From positions 1 through 64,000 of IMG/VR virus record IMGVR_UViG_3300021961_000065: 64,000 nucleotides of DNA. The stretch is one strand, 5' to 3'. Numbering within the stretch: position 1 is the first letter of the stretch; each line of letters begins with the position of its first letter. The stretch is from a virus. This document shows, in pieces, positions 28,912 to 38,024 of the stretch. The notes beneath the pieces were generated by a model. It did not search any database. It was not told the origin of the DNA and saw only the letters and a program-made list of their open reading frames with translations. Made by a program: the position numbers and the translations under genes.

Positions 28912-29481
28912 TTAAAATTCTATCCATCCAGTTATAATATACTTGTCTCCACCAATAGGTGGGTTTCCTCTGTGTGTATGTGTAAAGGCTGCAGGAAATA
29001 TTACTACATCTCCTTTACTTGGTTTGTATCTGTATTGTTGATAAAGAAATTCTGTTTCACCTGCTTCAAAGTCATCGTTAAGATAAGCAGTCCATACTAA
29101 AACTCTATTAGATGAATCTCTATCTGTAGCTTCAGCATGCCAAACATGATACCCTTGACCTGGTTTAGTTAATTGTATCTTCATTGTATATGATTTATGT
29201 TGAGCTAATGTGTGTACAATATTATATTTTTTAGCATACTCACTATAACAATCTGACCAAAATACTTTATTAAACTCATTTATTAATTCAGGAGTCGTAT
29301 GATGTAAAGGATAGCTAGGAAGAAAAGTAAATTGATCTTGTTTTTCTAATTTAGGAACTTTTTCTATACTTTGTCTATCTTGTGTAAATCCATTTGTATG
29401 TGCTATATTAAAATAGTTTATTACTTTATTACAGAACTCATCACTTAATACATTTTTATAAACTTCTATAAAATTATCCAT
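28912..29481 (-). CDS. 2OG-Fe(II) oxygenase
   Basis: GYHVWHAE, YLND, GETEF, FPAAFTHTHRGNPP. Confidence 0.85.
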   Translation of the reverse strand: MDNFIEVYKNVLSDEFCNKVINYFNIAHTNGFTQDRQSIEKVPKLEKQDQFTFLPSYPLHHTTPELINEFNKVFWSDCYSEYAKKYNIVHTLAQHKSYTMKIQLTKPGQGYHVWHAEATDRDSSNRVLVWTAYLNDDFEAGETEFLYQQYRYKPSKGDVVIFPAAFTHTHRGNPPIGGDKYIITGWIEF

Positions 29482-29496
29482 GTTATGTTTTATCCT

Positions 29497-29916
29497 TTAT
29501 ATTAATTCATTTACTATTAGTTGAGACCATTTGACTGCATCTTTTGTTTTAATTCTGTAGTCATAACTAATAGGATTACTAAATAAACTATTAGTATCTT
29601 TATATCTACTTTGATTTATTGTATCCATCCATATTACAATATCAGCATTAAATATATTTCTAATTTCTTCAGTAGGTGCTACAAAATCTGTTATAGTATG
29701 ACTATAATTATTACTTATAGTTTTTAATCTAGTTGCTTGTCTAAGCCTTCCTTCATAACTAAAATCCCAATCATTACTTAAAGCTCTAACCTCATCTGCA
29801 TTTATTCTAATAAAGTTTGTTAGTTTACCTAGTTCATTGGCTAATGTAGTTTTACCTGATCCTGGTAAACCCATTACTAATATCTTTAGTTTCTCCAAAA
29901 CTCCATTCCTTGACAT
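29497..29916 (-). CDS. Adenylylsulfate (APS) kinase-like P-loop kinase
   Basis: GLPGSGKTT, NADEVR, DFSYEGR, DFVAP..R. Confidence 0.7.
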   Translation of the reverse strand: MSRNGVLEKLKILVMGLPGSGKTTLANELGKLTNFIRINADEVRALSNDWDFSYEGRLRQATRLKTISNNYSHTITDFVAPTEEIRNIFNADIVIWMDTINQSRYKDTNSLFSNPISYDYRIKTKDAVKWSQLIVNELI

Positions 29917-30611
29917 TTATCTATAATATCTTGAGTAGGAGTTGTTGTTGATTTACTTAATGTAGATCGTAAAGAATGTAAGTTTGCATCACCATAAGCC
30001 TCTTTATCTAATTCTTTATATGTTGATTTTATATTATTAAATGTATGTTCATAATAATTTTCATTTAAAAACTTATATATCTTTTGTAAAGTTTCTTTAG
30101 GTTTATTAATTAAATTATTATACTCAACAATATGTATACAATCTTTATAATTATTAAAACCTATTTTTAAATTATCATAAGGATCTTGTAAAAGAATATC
30201 ATCTTTAGTTAATAAAAGATTACTATCTATATTAATTTTTGTATTTTTAATAGACATATAAATTTCAGATATATCTCTAACCATACATATTATCTTAGGT
30301 TTTATTTTAAAATAATGTAAAATATCAGTAACTTTACCTGTCCAAACTCTATTCTTATCAAATATAACTTCTTGTGTTATATCAGAATAATAATATTTAA
30401 TAAAGTCTCCTATATAACTTTCAACTTGAGTCACTTTAGGAAAAGCTTTAAATAAATCTAAATCATTAATTGTAGTAGCAATAGTTTCCATAATTTTAAC
30501 TACAGGTGAACTTGGTCCTGAATAAAAATTAGGATTTTGATTTAGTATAGCAGAAAGTAATGTACTTCCTGATCTTGGTAATCCTGATATAAAATATAGT
30601 TTTTTTGTCAC
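29886..30611 (-). CDS. Sulfotransferase
   Basis: ISGLPRSGSTLL (5'-PAPS loop), IICMVRD...S (3'-PB), VEYNNLI..P. Confidence 0.8.
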   Translation of the reverse strand: MTKKLYFISGLPRSGSTLLSAILNQNPNFYSGPSSPVVKIMETIATTINDLDLFKAFPKVTQVESYIGDFIKYYYSDITQEVIFDKNRVWTGKVTDILHYFKIKPKIICMVRDISEIYMSIKNTKINIDSNLLLTKDDILLQDPYDNLKIGFNNYKDCIHIVEYNNLINKPKETLQKIYKFLNENYYEHTFNNIKSTYKELDKEAYGDANLHSLRSTLSKSTTTPTQDIIDKCQGMEFWRN

Positions 30612-31708
30612 TTAAAGTAAGGACCTTCTAACCATGTTACACAACTATATCGTACTCCTTCTGTAACAGGTTCTACTCCATGTAACATATAACTAGGAAA
30701 AACTATTATAGTACCTTTTTCTTGAGGCGGGTAAAACTTTTTATGTGTAGTTTGAATATAAAACTTACCACCTTTGTAGTCATCATTAAGAAAAGCTAAT
30801 ACTGTTAGTTTTCTAGTTTCGTTACTATGTTTATGTATTGTATCTACATGAGGATAATAACGTCCATCTTGTTTATAAATTAAAAATTCAGATTGGTTAG
30901 TATGTGTTACATTATATTTCCACCAATAATTATTAGCATTTAAACCAGTAGCAGCTAATGTAGCACTAATACCTACATTAGGTTGTAATATAACTCTTTC
31001 AACATCTCTAATATTTTTATCTAAATTATTATCACCTATATAAGCAGGTTCTTTTTTAATACTATCTTGACTATAAGTATTAATAAGATTTTGACAAAAA
31101 CTATCTGTTATATGATTCTTAAATATAGCACAGTCAGTTAATCTATTATTTATAACTGTAGAAGGTTTTGGTATTCCTAAAGATTCTCTGCTATCATACT
31201 TTTGATCTGCATGAGGACCATCTGCATCTACATAGTGTAAGAATACTTGAGCCTGCCACTGTCCCTCTGTATATTTGTTTCTCCAATGTTCTAAATCCAT
31301 ACCACGATAAAGAACAGCATCTCCTACTTCCATATCTATTTTATTATGTTCCATATAAATAGACCAAGGTTTACCTTCAAATCCTAAAGTAAGAGTAGCT
31401 GATATTTCACAAGCAGGTCTATCTGTATGTTTTTTTAACTCATCATTAGGTTGATATAACCTAGCATAAGAATAAGTAGGATATAATTTTTTACCACTAG
31501 CTTTTTCAAAATAAGGTAATAAATCCTCAAGAAGCTCATCAAAGTTTTTTTGTCCATAGATACCATAAGATAATGGACATTGTTTATCTTTTGTAGCTTC
31601 ACCTTTATTTACTAAATCTTTTAATAAATTAGTATATCGTTTACAAGTATTTCTATTAATAAATTCTTTTAAATGAACGTATCCATTTTTATCGAAATCG
31701 TTGGTCAC
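30608..31708 (-). CDS. Tandem two-domain 2OG-Fe(II) oxygenase (prolyl-hydroxylase-like)
   Basis: Domain 1 HTD...HWR; domain 2 HVD...RKLT..FPSYMLHGVEPVTEGVRYS. Confidence 0.85.
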   Translation of the reverse strand: MTNDFDKNGYVHLKEFINRNTCKRYTNLLKDLVNKGEATKDKQCPLSYGIYGQKNFDELLEDLLPYFEKASGKKLYPTYSYARLYQPNDELKKHTDRPACEISATLTLGFEGKPWSIYMEHNKIDMEVGDAVLYRGMDLEHWRNKYTEGQWQAQVFLHYVDADGPHADQKYDSRESLGIPKPSTVINNRLTDCAIFKNHITDSFCQNLINTYSQDSIKKEPAYIGDNNLDKNIRDVERVILQPNVGISATLAATGLNANNYWWKYNVTHTNQSEFLIYKQDGRYYPHVDTIHKHSNETRKLTVLAFLNDDYKGGKFYIQTTHKKFYPPQEKGTIIVFPSYMLHGVEPVTEGVRYSCVTWLEGPYFK

Positions 31709-31727
31709 GATTATCCTTTCTAATTAT

Positions 31728-32036
31728 TTAGACTGAAACTTTAGTCCAGGTGTCTGTAGTCCAATCCCATTGATAGTCTTCTATTAAATTACCTTCTGCA
31801 TCTTCTGCAAGAGCTCCTGCTGTACTTTGATGAACAGCATCAGGTAAAATTCTAAACGTGTTTGTAGTAGGATCATACCAATAATCATAACTTTCTATAG
31901 AATCAGGACAATCTTTCCATTCCATTGAAGAATGTACTTCAAATTCATTTCCAGAATCTACTACTTCTAAAACTCGATAGCCTCTATTATCTTGTCCTTT
32001 AGATTCATTTGTATTAACTAATGCTTTTTTTGTCAT
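31728..32036 (-). CDS. Tail-fibre-associated small protein (chaperone-like)
   Basis: Follows the fibre; YWYDP...YQWDW..W pattern. Confidence 0.45.
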   Translation of the reverse strand: MTKKALVNTNESKGQDNRGYRVLEVVDSGNEFEVHSSMEWKDCPDSIESYDYWYDPTTNTFRILPDAVHQSTAGALAEDAEGNLIEDYQWDWTTDTWTKVSV

Positions 32037-32048
32037 AATTTATTCCTA

Positions 32049-33017
32049 TTAATATTCTACGATAACGCTACCTGCTTGACCTGCTAAACCAGGACAACTA
32101 GATATTAGATGACCTCCTCTACCTCCTGCACCTGTACCTCCACCATAGATACTAGCTCCTCCTACCATAAGAGAACCAGTAGAATGACTCAGTACAGAAT
32201 GAGCATAACCTCCTGCAAAGTTTGCATTACCTCCTGTACCATTTCCAGGATTTCTTGGGTTTTTAGGTGGGTTAGAGTTAGCACAATAAGCTCCTTGACC
32301 TCCAGTAGCAGAACAATAAGCTCCAAATGAAGAAGTACCTCCTGTTCCTCCATTTTGTCCACCACTTCCATTATTATTTGGATTACCTCCTGAACCTACA
32401 GTAACAGGTACATTAGTTCCTGATGGAAATGAAATAACTTCTATAGCTGCTCCTGCTGCTGCTGCTCCATAATTACCTGCTGTGTTATAACAATATACTC
32501 CTCCACCTCCACCACCTACAACAGTTACTTTAACTTTTTCTACTGTTCCTGGATTAGTCCATGTACCTGGTGAAGTAAATACTTGCATGTTAGAAAAACC
32601 ACCTGCTGCCGCAGCAAGAGTAGTCCATGTCATTGTACCATCACCATCAGAGGCTAAGTATTGACCTGCTGTACCATTACCTGGAACATTAAGTTCATCA
32701 GCACCTACAGCATTAGAAGCAATAGAATCAGCATTAACTGCACCAGTTGCTATATGTTCATTACCAATAGCATCATTTGCAATCTTAGTTCCATCAACTG
32801 CATCAGCAGCTAATTTACCAGTAGTCACTGCAAGGTTATCAATGTCTGCTGTAGCTACTGTATTTTTAGATGCCAGTGCTCCGTCTGCAGAATTGACGTA
32901 TGCTTTAATTTGTGATCCAGTAACTTTCTTACTGGTACCTGCTTCGTTGATTTCAAACTCATTGGCATCTGCTGCTACCGATGCTGCTGTTAAGTCTGAG
33001 ATTTTAATGTTTGCCAT
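32049..33017 (-). CDS. Tail fibre distal protein with glycine-rich tip
   Basis: MANIKISDL adaptor, AV(T)..K(L/I)A shaft repeats, FTSPGTW..VKVTVVGGGGGG, G.SSFG, GSVIVEY. Confidence 0.75.
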   Translation of the reverse strand: MANIKISDLTAASVAADANEFEINEAGTSKKVTGSQIKAYVNSADGALASKNTVATADIDNLAVTTGKLAADAVDGTKIANDAIGNEHIATGAVNADSIASNAVGADELNVPGNGTAGQYLASDGDGTMTWTTLAAAAGGFSNMQVFTSPGTWTNPGTVEKVKVTVVGGGGGGVYCYNTAGNYGAAAAGAAIEVISFPSGTNVPVTVGSGGNPNNNGSGGQNGGTGGTSSFGAYCSATGGQGAYCANSNPPKNPRNPGNGTGGNANFAGGYAHSVLSHSTGSLMVGGASIYGGGTGAGGRGGHLISSCPGLAGQAGSVIVEY

Positions 33018-33020
33018 CTT

Positions 33021-33935
33021 TTAATAACTCCTTTTCCAAGCTCCGTTAGTGTGTTTGTAAATTTTAATATTACCAGTCCAAGCTCCATTCCATTTAACAT
33101 AAGGAAGAAACTCTTTCCAAGATCCATCATCTTTGTAGTAAGGTTCTGATGAGAATAAAGTTGTAACACCATTACCTACCATTGTTGCTGCTATAATATT
33201 GCCTTCAGCTTGTATACCTGTTCTTACATCAGTACCATTCTCAAGTACTCGTATATCACCTGACTCTGTAATACGAGTAACATCTGTTGTCCCACCTTCA
33301 ACAAATCCATTAAGTATTTTAACTGCAGATGGACTTAAAGTACCTGTACCTGTTTTATCAAACAGACCATATTGTATTCTAATACCTGCAGAAACTTTAG
33401 AACCTAATGATGCTAAACTTGATTCTGCTAATTGATTTCTATAACCTATAGCAGATACAGCTCCTGCACTTACAAGATTAACTGTAGGGAATTGAATCCT
33501 TGTACTAACTCCTAATTTACTACCTACAGCTTGTAAACTACTAAATACAAGACTTGTTGTATTAGGATAAATATTAGTAGTAGCTTCACCTACTAATGAT
33601 ATATCTGCTTGAGATTTACCTGTACCTAAAGGAGCTAATGTAGCTGTTCCTGTTAATGAGGTAGCTCCTGAGTAGTCCATTCGTACTACATCAGTTATAG
33701 TACCTGTACTATTAAATTCACTGTAACCAAATACAGTTCGTTCTGCTGCTGATATTTTAGAACCTAAAACATCTAAATTAGAGAAACCATACTTAGTAAG
33801 TAAACCTACAGAGCTTATACTACTAGAAGCTGATACACTTGCAAAAGCTTCTACAAAGTTTTCAGTTATTCGAGTGTCAGACGACTGCGTAATGCGAATG
33901 TCGCCATTTTCGAGTATTCGAAAGCCGTCTGCCAT
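33021..33935 (-). CDS. Tail fibre/spike shaft protein
   Basis: Ser/Gly-rich beta repeats; duplicated RILENGDIRIT/RITESGDIRVLENG motif; Y.K..G.W repeats at the C-terminus. Confidence 0.55.
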   Translation of the reverse strand: MADGFRILENGDIRITQSSDTRITENFVEAFASVSASSSISSVGLLTKYGFSNLDVLGSKISAAERTVFGYSEFNSTGTITDVVRMDYSGATSLTGTATLAPLGTGKSQADISLVGEATTNIYPNTTSLVFSSLQAVGSKLGVSTRIQFPTVNLVSAGAVSAIGYRNQLAESSLASLGSKVSAGIRIQYGLFDKTGTGTLSPSAVKILNGFVEGGTTDVTRITESGDIRVLENGTDVRTGIQAEGNIIAATMVGNGVTTLFSSEPYYKDDGSWKEFLPYVKWNGAWTGNIKIYKHTNGAWKRSY

Positions 33936-33947
33936 TTAAATAAGTCC

Positions 33948-34340
33948 TTAAGCTATTGTAAGGTCAATATTGCCAGTTGAAAACTGTAATGTGTCTCCAT
34001 CATTAACAACTTTAGAAGCAGTCATAGAACCATGCCATAACAAGTTTCCTGCAGATACAGCATCAAAAATACCTATGTGAGTAATTGTGCCCCAGTTACC
34101 TCCACTTGCAGTGAAAGAAATATCTGCTGAGTTAGATGTTGTACCACCTGGTGATGATGCTGCATCAAAAGCTGCTGATTCTCTTGCATAGCCTGAACCT
34201 GATACTTCAGTACCTCCTCCACTATCTGAAGGTGCTGCAGTAAATAATCCTACATACCATGCTGTTGGTCTTGTAGCAGAGCCAGTTGTCATCATCCAAT
34301 CTAATAACAATTTCTCTGCGTAATCTGATAAAGCTGCCAT
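33948..34340 (-). CDS. Tail-fibre-associated structural protein
   Basis: YVGLFTAAP..GTEVSGSGYAR..WGTITH.GIFDA...GNLL. Confidence 0.6.
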   Translation of the reverse strand: MAALSDYAEKLLLDWMMTTGSATRPTAWYVGLFTAAPSDSGGGTEVSGSGYARESAAFDAASSPGGTTSNSADISFTASGGNWGTITHIGIFDAVSAGNLLWHGSMTASKVVNDGDTLQFSTGNIDLTIA

Positions 34341-34359
34341 ATTATAAGTCTCCTCTTAA

Positions 34360-34704
34360 TTAAGTTATTTTAAACCAAATATCACCATCACTACCTCCTG
34401 AAGGTGAAGCTGTGCTAACAGTAACACTCTGGGTGATACTGGCATAATTGTTATAGACTGTTTGCATAGATGTTAAATAGTCTACACCATTAACTGTTAA
34501 ACTTGTTACTGACAATCCACCTGCATTAAGAATGTCATTGTTATTCATATCAAAATCATTCAACATCTGGTTAGGTTCACCAGATGGATTGTTTCGATAT
34601 AGAACCTTATTATTAAATTCGTCTTCTATTTGGTTAAAACTAGCGTTTAGTGCTGTGGTACTAGCGTAACCTGATGCTATGTCACTTACTGTAATTTTAG
34701 CCAT
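34360..34704 (-). CDS. Short tail-fibre proximal (anchor) protein
   Basis: LN..F..IE....LYR...PNQM..DFDMN...ILN; ends PSGGSDGDIW. Confidence 0.5.
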   Translation of the reverse strand: MAKITVSDIASGYASTTALNASFNQIEDEFNNKVLYRNNPSGEPNQMLNDFDMNNNDILNAGGLSVTSLTVNGVDYLTSMQTVYNNYASITQSVTVSTASPSGGSDGDIWFKIT

Positions 34705-34954
34705 TACGTTTCCTTCTTGCCTCTTTTGTTAAATTAGTTTTAGCAGAAACAACTCTAAGGTTACTTCTACTATTAGAACCACCATTCTTTAAAGTCTTAA
34801 CGTGATCTACTTGTTTTGGATCACCTACTTTTAATCCCATCTTCTTACGAGCGGCATTACGAGCTGCTCGATCTTTTACTCGTGTCGGTTTCTTTTTCTT
34901 TTCCCAAGAGAGTTCTTTCTTGTAGTCTCTCTTTCCTTTAGTCATGTAAGGCAT
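34697..34954 (-). CDS. HNH endonuclease
   Basis: VDHVKTLKNGGSN...NLRVVS..TN. Confidence 0.75.
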   Translation of the reverse strand: MPYMTKGKRDYKKELSWEKKKKPTRVKDRAARNAARKKMGLKVGDPKQVDHVKTLKNGGSNSRSNLRVVSAKTNLTKEARRKRNG

Positions 34955-35505
34955 TAGTCTTTTTCTCCATTAACAACTTTAAGACCAATCCGTTCCATAT
35001 CTGTTTCAAGTTCTTTTCGAGCTCCTGCTTGAATTTTACGTTCACGCTCTATTTCTTCTTTGCTAGGTCGTCCTCGTTTTACTTCGTATCCTTTTTCAGC
35101 AAGATACTTAGAAGCTTGTACTCCTTTAGCATCATTATCTCGTGAAGCATGAATCAAAGCTTTTAAGCCTAATGCTTTTAGTTTAATATCTAATTCCTCT
35201 CTCCATGATTTAATTTCATCTTTGATAGCAGGTAGAGTGTCGTTAGCTAACTTGTTCCAATGATCCCAAGAGCTAAACACATCTGTAGCGAATTCATATT
35301 CATATTTAGGAACATGATCGTAAGACAAGTAAATCTTTTTAAGTGAATAATATAATTTGCCGTCTCTCTCAATATTATCAGATTTAAGCGTAAAGATAGG
35401 AGGAAACTTTTCTTCTGTTCCATAGCGAAGTTCCCAAAATAAACTTTGGGTACGATAACGACCTATGTCGTCTTTCATGACAGAATGAAACTTTTTTAAA
35501 TCCAT
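34954..35505 (-). CDS. First late gene; putative terminase small subunit
   Basis: Helical 183 aa with KRGRPSK; first gene of the - arm; function inferred from position. Confidence 0.4.
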   Translation of the reverse strand: MDLKKFHSVMKDDIGRYRTQSLFWELRYGTEEKFPPIFTLKSDNIERDGKLYYSLKKIYLSYDHVPKYEYEFATDVFSSWDHWNKLANDTLPAIKDEIKSWREELDIKLKALGLKALIHASRDNDAKGVQASKYLAEKGYEVKRGRPSKEEIERERKIQAGARKELETDMERIGLKVVNGEKD

Positions 35506-35533
35506 AGTAAAGAGGAAAAGATATTATATGAAT

Positions 35534-35562
35534 AGTATAACAAAAAAATATATTCTTGTCAA
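35534..35562 (-). promoter_or_regulatory. Sigma70 promoter of the late arm
   Basis: TTGACA-N17-TATACT on the - strand. Confidence 0.75.
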
Positions 35563-35623
35563 GTAATATTTGAGATATTTATAAAAATATCGAAAATGAA
35601 GTAATTGTCGTTTTGTAGTATAG

Positions 35624-35694
35624 TAATTACTAATTACTGTTATTAGTTATTATAGTAATTAGTAATACTACATAACTACAGTAATTAGTAATTA
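35624..35694. repeat. 17-bp perfect inverted repeat with AGTAATT-type iterations
   Basis: TAATTACTAATTACTGT (35624-35640) / ACAGTAATTAGTAATTA (35678-35694); partial third copy at 35653. Confidence 0.7.
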
Positions 35695-35997
35695 GACATA
35701 TTAAGTTCAGAATAGTTTGATAGATTTTACTTATCATAATACTATGTGATAAGTTTTACTTATGGATACCTAGTAGCTATGCTATGCGAGAGGTCGTTTT
35801 TACCTCGAGCACGATAATTAGTTCCCCCTGACATTAGGAATTTCTATGAGATAATTATTTGTTGTAATGCAATCTGTCCTTGTCATGGGTGTGTTCCCCC
35901 CTGTACCCTTCCAGACAGTGACATATATTTAACATGTACCAACAATTACTTGAGGAGACTGATGAGTTGTATTGTATTATTTACACTATTGCCACTG

Positions 35998-36010
35998 TAA
36001 CTTATTGATT
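35998..36010 (-). promoter_or_regulatory. IHF consensus site
   Basis: AATCAATAAGTTA matches WATCAANNNNTTR. Confidence 0.45.
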
Positions 36011-36133
36011 TTATTGTAAGAGATACATTATTATTCTTAACTGTCATATATTACTCTAACTATATTCTAAATAGTTATATAACGTACATTCTACAGGAGT
36101 TTCCCATGACTGTCGTGCTCATATTTTTTCTGT

Positions 36134-36314
36134 GTGCTTCGCACTCTATTTAATATTCGCATCATTCATTACCCACGCTCAATCGCCGCTCGGGCTTACA
36201 CACTCACTCTAGTTTACCACATGGTTCAAGACCTTCCGTTCACTGCGTTCACTTCAGCGAGAAATGCTTCGCATTTGTCTTGACCTCATGTGATCACTAG
36301 ATTACGAGTGTGTA
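36134..36314. other. Long imperfect stem-loop with GNA-triloop mini-hairpins
   Basis: Stems TACACACTC/GAGTGTGTA, CTAGT/ACTAG, CACATG/CATGTG, TCAAGAC/GTCTTGA; bottom strand has GCGAAGC twice and GTGAAC-GCA-GTGAAC. Confidence 0.7.
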
Positions 36315-36362
36315 TTACACTTATTTCATTATTATAAATCTATATTTTTTTAGGAGCTTATT

Positions 36363-36551
36363 ATGAACGACAAATTAATCTTTGGTTTTGACGAATGGAT
36401 GCTTGACTTAATTCACTATCATGAAATGAATATGGAGCAAGCCATGCAACTTGCTCATATTTGTTACGATGAAGATGAATATGATCCATGGAATGATACA
36501 ATATTCGATACTCTCGAAGAGTACGAGCTTGACGAGGGACAAGTTTATTAA
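36363..36551 (+). CDS. Early acidic hypothetical protein
   Basis: SD AGGAG; first gene of the + arm. Confidence 0.65.
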   Translation: MNDKLIFGFDEWMLDLIHYHEMNMEQAMQLAHICYDEDEYDPWNDTIFDTLEEYELDEGQVY

Positions 36552-36569
36552 CCCTCTAAACCTCAAAGC

Positions 36570-36608
36570 GAGTGCCTCTCTCTTTCGTGAGAGAGGCTCT
36601 CTTTATTT
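36570..36608 (+). terminator. Intrinsic terminator-like hairpin
   Basis: GCCTCTCTC/GAGAGAGGC plus T-rich tail. Confidence 0.55.
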
Positions 36609-36635
36609 ATTATTTAACAAAAAGGAAACTATATT

Positions 36636-37088
36636 ATGTCTAAACAACTTACATTTGATAAAAACTTACTTACTCAACATAGCTACACTGTTAAATCTGA
36701 ATTTGATAAGCTCGAGGGTTTAGAGCCGTTCAATTTCATACAGTCCTTGGTGAAAGGTAAGTCAGCTAACATGATGCTTGCTCTTGCAGAAAGTATCCTA
36801 CGGCAAGCTAATTACGATCAGTTCAAGAAGTACAACTCACCACTAGAACGAGATGTATCGAGCTTAATCATCAAATCAAAAGCAATACGAGAGGAAAACA
36901 AAGCTCTAATCGCAGAGCGTATGGCTAAGAAAGATGCTCAATCAGACACTGTTGAACAATCTGTAATCGTTGTAAATGAAGATGGCAAGCAGATTGGTGC
37001 AAGAGTAGAGGTTCTTGCAGAGCGTGGCAGACCTGAGATTGAGTATGCTCAAGAGTCAACATCAGCAAATGGGGGTGCAGTAGCGTAA
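36636..37088 (+). CDS. Early hypothetical protein
   Basis: SD AAGGA; 150-aa ORF ending in a terminator. Confidence 0.7.
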   Translation: MSKQLTFDKNLLTQHSYTVKSEFDKLEGLEPFNFIQSLVKGKSANMMLALAESILRQANYDQFKKYNSPLERDVSSLIIKSKAIREENKALIAERMAKKDAQSDTVEQSVIVVNEDGKQIGARVEVLAERGRPEIEYAQESTSANGGAVA

Positions 37089-37108
37089 GCTACTCCCCCT
37101 TTTTTTTT
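37071..37108 (+). terminator. Intrinsic terminator
   Basis: GGGGG..AGTAGC-GTAA-GCTACT-CCCCC plus T9. Confidence 0.85.
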
Positions 37109-37188
37109 GCTAAGACGGCAGGGGACCAGGGGTCGGTCACTTGTACAAATACGCAACTTTTGACTTATACTTTTACAGGAGTTTTTGT

Positions 37189-37383
37189 ATGAACGAAATT
37201 TTTGATGTAGTTATAGCAGCAATAGGTACAGTATTATTTACTGGACTAGCAATCTATACATATTTTATAGATGGATCATCTGCATTATTGTTCATGTTTA
37301 TCTGTGGAGCAACAGCATTTGGTTTGATATTAATCTCAATAGTTAGTTATGTCATTGATATTACTGGGGGTAAAAAGAAATGA
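37189..37383 (+). CDS. Two-TM membrane protein
   Basis: SD CAGGAG; start re-called at MNEIF; two hydrophobic helices. Confidence 0.6.
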   Translation: MNEIFDVVIAAIGTVLFTGLAIYTYFIDGSSALLFMFICGATAFGLILISIVSYVIDITGGKKK

Positions 37384-37538
37384 CTTATACAATTATATTC
37401 CAACACAATGGACAAAACTTAAATTGGATCTCGGGCCTGCCCTCACTTGAGCAGGCTCGAGCTCACCTTAAAGACTGGGTGCAATATGCTAAGCCAGGTG
37501 ATAACTTTGTAATACAAGAAGGGATTGATGAATGTTAA
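37380..37538 (+). CDS. Small early protein (52 aa)
   Basis: ATGA-coupled, MTYTIIFQHNGQ... Confidence 0.5.
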   Translation: MTYTIIFQHNGQNLNWISGLPSLEQARAHLKDWVQYAKPGDNFVIQEGIDEC

Positions 37539-37714
37539 CAATAAAAGATGCAGAAGTTCTTAACTATGATACACTATTAGAAATGTGGGCAGAAGAATAT
37601 ATTTTGTATCACAACAAGCTTCCACATAAGAATATAAAGTTCCGATACAAATTGGAATTGTTAAATGAAATCAATACTTTACGTAAACAACAACAGTTGG
37701 AGAAGTCCGAATGA
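37532..37714 (+). CDS. Small early protein
   Basis: Overlapping-ORF chain. Confidence 0.55.
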   Translation: MLTIKDAEVLNYDTLLEMWAEEYILYHNKLPHKNIKFRYKLELLNEINTLRKQQQLEKSE

Positions 37715-37893
37715 AAAGTACTATATATGAAGTTTTAAATCGTAATGGTAAAAGCCTTGGCTTTGTACAAGGTAAAGACATTGAAGAATGTAATTCAATG
37801 GCTGAAGAATTTTATGGTGATAACTTTTATTCTTTACACAGAGTTACAAGTTATCCTGGATCAATCGATGTTAAAATTGGAGGTAGTAACTAA
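37711..37893 (+). CDS. Small early protein
   Basis: SD GGAG; ATGA overlap. Confidence 0.55.
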   Translation: MKSTIYEVLNRNGKSLGFVQGKDIEECNSMAEEFYGDNFYSLHRVTSYPGSIDVKIGGSN

Positions 37894-38024
37894 TGTATAA
37901 TAGAGAAAGAGAAAAGTTATATGACAGTTGGCTAACTGATTATGATAAATATCTTGATGATCAATGGCAACGACAAAATGATCAAGAACGTCAACAATGG
38001 GAAGAGGAAAATAAAAATGAGTAA
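37893..38024 (+). CDS. Small acidic early protein (43 aa)
   Basis: SD GGAGG; TAATG coupling; MYNREREKLYDSWL... Confidence 0.55.
   Translation: MYNREREKLYDSWLTDYDKYLDDQWQRQNDQERQQWEEENKNE

Noticed and set aside
35600-35770. CRISPR array
   Set aside because: Repeats are short, inverted and lack regular unique spacers
37430-37462. GC-rich hairpin CTCGGGCCTGC/GCAGGCTCGAG
   Set aside because: Inside a small ORF with no U-tract; a single occurrence is not enough to assign function
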